DNA from: Betaproteobacteria bacterium RIFCSPLOWO2_02_FULL_67_26 | Lineage (GTDB): Bacteria > Pseudomonadota > Gammaproteobacteria > Burkholderiales > SG8-41 | NCBI GenBank assembly: GCA_001771935.1 | Contig: MERD01000069.1 | Location: 70,517 to 134,516 of the forward strand | Direction of reading: 5' to 3' | Length of the DNA: 64,000 nucleotides | Notes under the pieces: model-generated | Told to the model about the DNA's origin: nothing | Database searches by the model: none | The model's input: only the letters and a program-made list of their open reading frames with translations | Made by a program: the position numbers and the translations under genes | Part shown: piece by piece, positions 58,221 to 64,000 of the stretch | Layout of the letters: the number at the start of each line of letters is the position of its first letter | Position numbering within the stretch: the first letter of the stretch is position 1

Positions 58221-60050
58221 GTGTTCGACCCCGCCTCAGTCGTTTCGAACCTGCCGCACCGGCCCGGCGTCTATCGCATGCTGAACGGCGCGGGGGACGT
58301 GCTGTACGTGGGCAAAGCCCTCGACCTGAAGAAGCGGGTCGCATCGTATTTCCAGAAATCGGGGAGCCTCTCGCCGCGCATCCTGCTCATGGTGGGGCAG
58401 GTGGCGGCGCTGGAAGCCACCGTCACCCGTTCCGAAGCCGAAGCGCTGTTGTTGGAAAGCAACTTGATAAAGACTTTAACTCCACGCTATAACATCCTGT
58501 TTAGAGATGATAAAACTTATCCGTACCTGGTCCTGACCGGGCACCGTTACCCGCGCCTCGGTTTTCACCGCGGCGGCCTCGACAAGCGCCATCACTACTT
58601 CGGTCCCTTTCCCAATGCAGGCGCAGTTCGCGAGAGCATCGCGTTGCTGCAGAAGGTATTCCGCCTCCGCACCTGTGAGGACACCGTCTTCGTCCATCGG
58701 TCGCGCCCGTGCCTGCTGCACCAGATCCGCCGCTGCACCGCGCCCTGCGTCGGGTTGATCGGCGAGCACGAGTATGCGGAGGATGTCGGCGCCGCAGCGC
58801 TGTTCCTGGCGGGGAAGGAGGACCAGGTGATCGAGCGCCTGGCCGCGCGCATGAGCGACGCCGCCCTGCGCCTGGACTACGAGGAAGCCGCAGTGTTCCG
58901 GGACCGGATCGCCGCCTTGCGCAACGTCCGGGAAAAGCAGTTCGTGAGCGGCACGGGCGACGACACCGATGTCATCGCCTACGGGCGCGCGGCCGGAGTC
59001 GTCTGCGTGAACCTGGTCATGATCCGCGGCGGCCGTCACCTCGGCGACAAGAATTTCTTCCCGCGCAACGCTGACGAATGCAGCCCTGAACAGGTGATCG
59101 AGGCGTTCATGCAGCAGCACTACCTGCAGCACGCGCCGCCGTCCCGGATCGTGGCCCGGACGAAAAACCGGGCGCTCGAGCAATCGCTTGCGGAACGGGC
59201 GGGGCACAAGGTCAGGATCGACGTGAAGCCCGGTGGCGCAGCCAGGGCGTGGCTCGATATGGCGGAACGCAACGCCGCGCTCGGCGCGTCGCAGGCGTTG
59301 GCGCAACAGGCAACCCAGGCAGGCCGGCTCGGCGCACTGCAGCAGGCACTGGACGTTCCTGAGACCGTCCAGCGCATCGAGTGCTTCGATGTCAGCCACA
59401 CCCTGGGTGAAGCCACGGTCGCGTCGTGCGTGGTCTATGACCGGTCAGCGCTGCAAAAGTCCGAATACCGGCGCTACAACATCCGCGTCAATACGGACGA
59501 CCCGTCGCCGATTGACGCCGGCGCGATCGCTCCGGGAGACGATTACGCGGCGCTGCGCGAAGCGCTGACACGCCGCTACCGCAAGATCGTCGCGGGCGAG
59601 GGCAGGGTGCCCGATCTGGTGCTCATCGACGGCGGCAAGGGGCAACTCGCCGTAGCGACCGAGGTCTTCGCGGAGCTCGGCATGACCGACGTGGCACTGG
59701 TGGCCGTGGCGAAAGGCGAGGATCGCCGTCCCGGACAGGAACAACTGCTCCTTCCCGGGCGCGCCGGCCCATTGCGGCTCGGATCGGACCACCCCGGGCT
59801 GCACCTGGTCCAGCAAGTCCGGGACGAAGCCCATCGATTCGCGATCCAGGGCCACCGCGCGCGACGGGGCAAGACCCGCAACACCTCGACACTGGAAAAC
59901 ATACCGGGGATAGGCTCGAAGCGCCGGCACAGCCTGCTCTCCCGCTTTGGCGGCCTGCGCGGCCTGGTGGCCGCGAGCGTGGAGGAGCTGGCCCAGGTGG
60001 AAGGCATCAGCCGCGAGCTCGCCGAAAGGATTTATGATGAGCTGCATTAG
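58221..60050 (+). CDS. uvrC: Excinuclease ABC subunit C
   Basis: GTG at 58221. GIY-YIG module (PGVYRMLNGAGDVLYVGKALDLKKRV ... YNILFRDDKTYPY), a UVR domain and C-terminal HhH motifs. Confidence 0.95.
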   Translation: MFDPASVVSNLPHRPGVYRMLNGAGDVLYVGKALDLKKRVASYFQKSGSLSPRILLMVGQVAALEATVTRSEAEALLLESNLIKTLTPRYNILFRDDKTYPYLVLTGHRYPRLGFHRGGLDKRHHYFGPFPNAGAVRESIALLQKVFRLRTCEDTVFVHRSRPCLLHQIRRCTAPCVGLIGEHEYAEDVGAAALFLAGKEDQVIERLAARMSDAALRLDYEEAAVFRDRIAALRNVREKQFVSGTGDDTDVIAYGRAAGVVCVNLVMIRGGRHLGDKNFFPRNADECSPEQVIEAFMQQHYLQHAPPSRIVARTKNRALEQSLAERAGHKVRIDVKPGGAARAWLDMAERNAALGASQALAQQATQAGRLGALQQALDVPETVQRIECFDVSHTLGEATVASCVVYDRSALQKSEYRRYNIRVNTDDPSPIDAGAIAPGDDYAALREALTRRYRKIVAGEGRVPDLVLIDGGKGQLAVATEVFAELGMTDVALVAVAKGEDRRPGQEQLLLPGRAGPLRLGSDHPGLHLVQQVRDEAHRFAIQGHRARRGKTRNTSTLENIPGIGSKRRHSLLSRFGGLRGLVAASVEELAQVEGISRELAERIYDELH

Positions 60051-60062
60051 CGCCTCCCGACC

Positions 60063-60632
60063 ATGCCGTTGAACCTGCCCAACCTGCTGACCTGGCTGCG
60101 GATCCTCCTGATTCCGCTGTTCGTCGGCATCTTCTATTTCGAGAAGAGCTGGGTATCCATCGCCAACCAGAACCTGGTCGCGACCATCATCTTCACCGTG
60201 GCGGCGATCACCGACTGGCTTGACGGCTGGCTCGCGCGCCGGCTGAACCAGATGTCCGCCTTCGGCGCTTTTCTCGACCCGGTTGCCGACAAGCTGATGG
60301 TGGCGGCGGCCCTGATCATCCTGGTGCAACTGGAGCGCGTCGACGCCATCATCGCGCTCATCATCATCGGGCGCGAGGTCGCGGTGTCGGCGCTGCGCGA
60401 ATGGATGGCGCAGATCGGCGAGGCGAAGAGCATTGCGGTATCGTTTCTCGGCAAGATCAAGACCACTTCCCAGATGCTGGCCATTCCGCTGCTCCTCTAT
60501 CACGACCGGCTCGGCGCCTTTGACCCGCAACGGGTCGGGACCTGGCTGATCTACCTGGCCGCGCTGCTGACCCTGGTCTCGATGGCGTACTATCTGAAGG
60601 TGGCGCTGCCGCAGGTGTGGAAGCAGCTCTAG
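60063..60632 (+). CDS. pgsA: CDP-diacylglycerol--glycerol-3-phosphate 3-phosphatidyltransferase
   Basis: MPLNLPNLLTWLRILLIPLF and the CDP-alcohol motif DWLDGWLARRLNQMSAFGAFLDPVADK. Confidence 0.95.
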   Translation: MPLNLPNLLTWLRILLIPLFVGIFYFEKSWVSIANQNLVATIIFTVAAITDWLDGWLARRLNQMSAFGAFLDPVADKLMVAAALIILVQLERVDAIIALIIIGREVAVSALREWMAQIGEAKSIAVSFLGKIKTTSQMLAIPLLLYHDRLGAFDPQRVGTWLIYLAALLTLVSMAYYLKVALPQVWKQL

Positions 60633-60662
60633 TTGCCTCCGGGTACGCGCTTGACCTATAAT
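60633..60662 (+). promoter_or_regulatory. Strong candidate sigma-70 promoter for the tRNA operon: TTGCCT-N18-TATAAT
   Basis: TTGCCT at 60633-60638 and a perfect TATAAT at 60657-60662. The mature tRNA-Gly 5' end is 15 nt downstream. Confidence 0.5.
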
Positions 60663-60676
60663 TTTCCTCACGAAAC

Positions 60677-60752
60677 GCGGGAATAGCTCAGTTGGTAGAG
60701 CGCAACCTTGCCAAGGTTGAGGTCGCGAGTTCGAGACTCGTTTCCCGCTCCA
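60677..60752 (+). tRNA. tRNA-Gly (anticodon GCC)
   Basis: Hand-folded cloverleaf: acceptor GCGGGAA/TTCCCGC, anticodon loop TTGCCAA, T-loop GTTCGAG, encoded CCA. Near-identical to E. coli tRNA-Gly(GCC) as I recall it. Confidence 0.95.
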
Positions 60753-60818
60753 ATTTTCCGGGGATGACGAAGGCCGTTTCAGCGGTTTGTGGCCTCGTTG
60801 TCCCCTTTCAGTTTCAGC

Positions 60819-60892
60819 GGCGGGGTGGCAGAGTGGTCATGCAGCGGCCTGCAAAGCCGTGGACGCCGGTTCGATTCCGACCCCCGCCTCCA
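60819..60892 (+). tRNA. tRNA-Cys (anticodon GCA)
   Basis: Acceptor GGCGGGG/CCCCGCC, anticodon loop CTGCAAA, T-loop TTCGATT, encoded CCA. There is one C-A mismatch in the T stem in my hand fold. Confidence 0.88.
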
Positions 60893-60897
60893 AAGTC

Positions 60898-60984
60898 GCC
60901 CGGGTGGCGTAACTGGTAGCCGCTAGGGACTTAAAATCCCTTGGCCGCAAGGCCGTGCCGGTTCGAATCCGGCCCCGGGCACCA
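60898..60984 (+). tRNA. tRNA-Leu (anticodon TAA), class II with a long variable arm
   Basis: Acceptor GCCCGGG/CCCGGGC, anticodon loop CTTAAAA, variable-arm hairpin GGCCGCAAGGCC, T-arm GCCGGTTCGAATCCGGC, encoded CCA. Confidence 0.95.
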
Positions 60985-61096
60985 TCGATTGCTTTGTGGC
61001 ATGATCTGCGACAGGCCGGGAGCCGTGCACAAGACGTGCTGTCACATACGATGAACGCCACGCCCACTATGAATAACGACGGAGTTAGAGGTCGCC

Positions 61097-61546
61097 GTGA
61101 TCGTCTTTGATCTTGGGTGCGAGAACAGCCACCGTTTCGAGGGCTGGTTCGCCTCGAACGAGGATTTCGAGCGCCAGGTCGGCCGCAAGCTCGTGAACTG
61201 CCCGCTGTGCGGCAACGCCAATATTTCGCGCCTGCCGCACGCCACCCATATCCGGTCCGGCGCAAAGGCGCGCGCGGCGCACGCCCCGTCCACCGCGCTC
61301 ACGTCTCAGCAGTATGCCAACGTCGGCGGCGAGCTGCTCACCAAGCTGGTCGAGCACATCGTCGAGAATACCGAGGACGTCGGCGCCGAGTTTCCCGAAG
61401 AAGCGCGCAAGATTCACTACCGCGAGTCTCCCGAACGCCGGATCCGCGGCACGGCCTCGAATGACGAAGTCGAAGCGCTGAAGGACGAAGGCATCGAGGT
61501 CGTGGCGCTTCCCATCCCCGCCCATCGCCTGGGCAAGACGCACTGA
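61097..61546 (+). CDS. DUF1178-family protein
   Basis: GTG start. MIVFDLGCENSHRFEGWFASNEDFERQ...VNCPLCG is the characteristic DUF1178 zinc-ribbon-like N-terminus. Confidence 0.7.
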   Translation: MIVFDLGCENSHRFEGWFASNEDFERQVGRKLVNCPLCGNANISRLPHATHIRSGAKARAAHAPSTALTSQQYANVGGELLTKLVEHIVENTEDVGAEFPEEARKIHYRESPERRIRGTASNDEVEALKDEGIEVVALPIPAHRLGKTH

Positions 61547-61553
61547 GGCCATC

Positions 61554-61997
61554 ATGTTCAAACATATCCTGTTGCCGACGGACGGTTCCAAGCTGTCCAA
61601 CAAAGCGGTCAAGCGCGGCATCGAATTGGCCCGGAAAGTCAGGGCGCGCCTGACGGCGCTGCACGTCGTGCCCGCGTTCAAGCTCATGGTGGACGAAGGC
61701 ATCACGCCGCTCCACCCGGCGCTGAAAAAGCGCCTGGAGGACGAAGGCCGGGCGCGGGCGCAGAGCATGCTCGATGCCATAGCCCGGCAGGCCCGGGCGC
61801 GCGGCGTGCGATGCGCGACCTTGAGCGTGGCCAGCGACCTGCCGTACCAGGAGATCATCGCGGCGGCGCGCAGGAAGAAGTGCGATCTCATCCTGATGGC
61901 TTCGCACGGGCGTCGCGGCCTGTCGAGCCTGCTGCTCGGCAGCGAGACCGCCAAGGTCCTGCTGCACACCAAGATTCCGGTGCTCGTCGTGCGCTGA
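61554..61997 (+). CDS. Universal stress protein (UspA family)
   Basis: MFKHILLPTDGS... and C-terminal LILMASHGRRGLSSLLLGSETAKVLLHTKIPVLVV (ATP-binding G-2x-G-9x-GS motif). Confidence 0.85.
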   Translation: MFKHILLPTDGSKLSNKAVKRGIELARKVRARLTALHVVPAFKLMVDEGITPLHPALKKRLEDEGRARAQSMLDAIARQARARGVRCATLSVASDLPYQEIIAAARRKKCDLILMASHGRRGLSSLLLGSETAKVLLHTKIPVLVVR

Positions 61998-62016
61998 CAG
62001 GAAACGGGACCCAGCG

Positions 62017-62832
62017 ATGAATCACCCTGCCGCGCCGCTCCAGTCGCTCACGGACAAGCTGATTGCCACGAAGGACGGCGCGATCGGCTGGATCACCTTC
62101 AACAATCCCGAACGGCACAATGCGACATCGTACGAGATGTGGCTGGCGCTGCCGGTCGTGCTGGACGCCTACGTCAACGACCCGGACGTGCGCGTCATCG
62201 TGCTGAAAGGGGCGGGGGAGAAGGCCTTCAGCGCCGGCGCGGATATATCCCAGTTCAAGGAAAAGCGCACCGGGCCGGAAGCGGTCAAGGAATACAACGC
62301 GGCCGCAGACAGGGCCGGCCGGGCGCTGCGCGAGTGCGCGAAGCCGACCCTGGCGATGATCCGCGGTTACTGCATCGGGGGCGGCACGGCGATCGCGGTC
62401 GGCTGCGACCTCCGGATCGCGGCCGACGATGCGCGCTTCGGCGTGCCCGCGGCCAAGCTCGGACTCGGATACCGGTTCGAGGGCATCAACCGCCTGGCGA
62501 CGCTGGTCGGCCCTTCATTCGCGGCCGAGATTTTTTTCACGGCGCGGCAATTTTCGGCGCAGGAAGCGCTGCAGATGGGGCTGGTGAACCGGCTGGTCCC
62601 CGCCCCGGAACTCGAAGGCCAGACGCGGAACCTCGCCGACACCATCTCGGCCAACGCACCGCTGACCGTCGCGGCGGTCAAGCGCTCGCTGCTCGAGGTC
62701 ATGAAGAATCCCGCGGAGCGCGACCTTGCGCTGTGCCAGCGCATGGTGGACGCCTGCTTCGCGAGCGAGGACTACAAGGAAGGGCAGGCGGCATTCATGG
62801 AAAAGCGCAAGCCGCAATTCAAGGGCCGCTGA
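62017..62832 (+). CDS. Enoyl-CoA hydratase/isomerase (crotonase) family protein
   Basis: ITFNNPERHNA, VIVLKGAGEKAFSAGADI and CIGGGTAIAVGCDLRIA oxyanion-hole motifs. Confidence 0.85.
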   Translation: MNHPAAPLQSLTDKLIATKDGAIGWITFNNPERHNATSYEMWLALPVVLDAYVNDPDVRVIVLKGAGEKAFSAGADISQFKEKRTGPEAVKEYNAAADRAGRALRECAKPTLAMIRGYCIGGGTAIAVGCDLRIAADDARFGVPAAKLGLGYRFEGINRLATLVGPSFAAEIFFTARQFSAQEALQMGLVNRLVPAPELEGQTRNLADTISANAPLTVAAVKRSLLEVMKNPAERDLALCQRMVDACFASEDYKEGQAAFMEKRKPQFKGR

Positions 62833-62893
62833 CCGGCGGCGCGCCCGCCGGAGACACCCGTAGTGGCGGACGCATCATTACCGGGAGGAATCC

Positions 62894-64000
62894 ATGGCAA
62901 TTGACGCAAGCCGCCCCGATCTCACCGTGGGCGTCATCGGCACCGGTGCGATGGGGCGGGGCATCGCCCAGGTCGCCGCGGCGGGCGGCATGCAGGTGCT
63001 GATGACGGACACCCGCCCCGGTGCCGCGGAGGAGGCGCGCGATTTCATCGCCAGGATGATCGCGCGGGCGGCGGAGAAGGGCTCGATGACGCGGGACGAG
63101 GCGACCGGCGCGGTCAATCGCATCCGGATCGTCGGCGGGCCGGCGGACATGAAGCCGTGCCACGCGGTGATCGAGGTCATCGTCGAAAACCTCGAAGCCA
63201 AGCAGAAGCTGTTTGCGGAACTGGAAGGCATCGTCGCACCCGAATGCATACTCGCGACGAACACCTCCTCGCTCTCCGTCACCACCATTGCGTCGAAGCT
63301 GAAGACGCCGCAGCGCTTCGCCGGGTTCCACTTCTTCAACCCGGTGCCGCTCATGAAGCTGGTTGAGGTGATCGAGGGGCTGCGAACCGAGCCGTGGGTC
63401 GCCGATGCGTTGATGGTAATCGGCCGCCGCATGACGCGCGAGCCGGTGCGGCTCAAGGACGCGCCGGGCTTCCTGGTCAACCAGGTGGGCCGTGGATTCA
63501 CGCTCGAAGCCTCGCACCTGGTGTACGAGGGCATCGCGAGCTTCGTGGACGTGGACCGGGTCATGCGGGACGTGGGCGGGTTCCGCATGGGGCCGTTCGA
63601 GCTGATGGATCTGACCGGCCTCGACGTGACGCACCCCGCCTCCGAGCTCATCTACAACCAGTTCTTCCAGGAGCCGCGCTACCGTCCCAACCTCATCATG
63701 CGCAGCCGTTATGAAGCCGGCGTGCTGGGACGCAAGACCCGGCACGGCTTCAATGAATACGATGCCGAGATGAAGCCCATCGTGGCGCCGGAACCTGCGC
63801 CGCCCGCGGCGCGTCCAGACCGCGTGTGGATCAGCCCGGCCGAGCCCCAGGGGCGCACGGTCCTGCTCGAATTGCTCGCGAAGCTCGGAGTCCAGCCCGA
63901 GCCCGGCGCGAAGCCGAGCCCTGGAGCGCTGATCCTGGTGACCCCGGTCGGCGAGGATGCGACGCACTGCGCGGTGGAGCAGGGCCTAGATCCCCGGCGC
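62894..64000 (+). CDS. 3-hydroxyacyl-CoA (3-hydroxybutyryl-CoA) dehydrogenase, 3'-truncated by the window edge
   Basis: Not in the ORF track because it has no stop in the window. My translation from the ATG at 62894 (after GGGAGGA) is open to position 64000. VGVIGTGAMGRGIAQV Rossmann motif, ILATNTSSLSV, HFFNPVPLMKLVEV and PGFLVNQ. Confidence 0.85.
   Translation, partial: MAIDASRPDLTVGVIGTGAMGRGIAQVAAAGGMQVLMTDTRPGAAEEARDFIARMIARAAEKGSMTRDEATGAVNRIRIVGGPADMKPCHAVIEVIVENLEAKQKLFAELEGIVAPECILATNTSSLSVTTIASKLKTPQRFAGFHFFNPVPLMKLVEVIEGLRTEPWVADALMVIGRRMTREPVRLKDAPGFLVNQVGRGFTLEASHLVYEGIASFVDVDRVMRDVGGFRMGPFELMDLTGLDVTHPASELIYNQFFQEPRYRPNLIMRSRYEAGVLGRKTRHGFNEYDAEMKPIVAPEPAPPAARPDRVWISPAEPQGRTVLLELLAKLGVQPEPGAKPSPGALILVTPVGEDATHCAVEQGLDPRR

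Noticed and set aside
60819-60892. tRNA-Cys as a possible pseudogene because of the T-stem C-A mismatch.
   Set aside because: The acceptor, D, anticodon and T-loop features and the encoded CCA are all intact, and a single stem mismatch is common. I kept it as a functional tRNA call with slightly reduced confidence.
60692-60919. A 75-aa ORF spanning the tRNA-Gly to tRNA-Leu region.
   Set aside because: It runs straight through three well-folded tRNA genes, so it is not a plausible CDS.
60985-61096. The 3' flank of tRNA-Leu as a possible genomic-island integration site.
   Set aside because: No integrase, no mobility gene and no repeat of the tRNA 3' end was visible downstream. The following genes (DUF1178, Usp, crotonase, HBD) have the same composition as the rest of the window.

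Overview
The window is a densely packed, visibly GC-rich chromosomal segment (about two-thirds G+C by eye, not computed). Its gene content and order are typical of core beta-proteobacterial synteny. In order it carries: smc (5'-truncated)-zipA-ligA-galU-hpt-mtnP-def; glnD-map on the minus strand; the rpsB-tsf-pyrH-frr-uppS-cdsA-dxr-rseP-bamA-skp-lpxD-fabZ-lpxA-lpxB-rnhB block; ppsR/ppsA; pyrG-kdsA-eno-ftsB-folD; rpoE-rseA-rseB-degP; lepA-lepB-DUF4845-rnc-era-recO-pdxJ-acpS-nagZ; a CDF transporter; efp; uvrC-pgsA; a tRNA-Gly/Cys/Leu operon; and a small fatty-acid beta-oxidation-like cluster (3'-truncated). I saw no rRNA, CRISPR array, IS element, integrase or prophage gene. The non-core content worth a second look is as follows. 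(1) A divergent SenB-like glycosyltransferase / SenA-like (EgtB-family) pair sits between rnhB and a TrmH-family methyltransferase. It looks like a selenoneine-type locus without selD/senC or egtD in cis. (2) A 1177-aa single-polypeptide fusion joins an unknown N-domain, a Cys-rich Fe-S region, a GltD/NfnB-like flavoprotein module and a PyrK/NfnA-like module. It has its own extended -10 promoter and a divergent 48-codon membrane ORF. (3) The EF-P has an Arg-tipped loop (GGRGGA) and no modification enzyme next to it. (4) A substrate-binding/permease fusion has no ATPase partner nearby. (5) Several short AT-rich rare-codon islands lie inside GC-rich genes. Most long ORFs in the supplied track that are antisense to or out of frame with these genes are GC-driven shadow ORFs, and I rejected them. 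All functional calls come from reading the translations and recognising motifs from memory. No database search was run.
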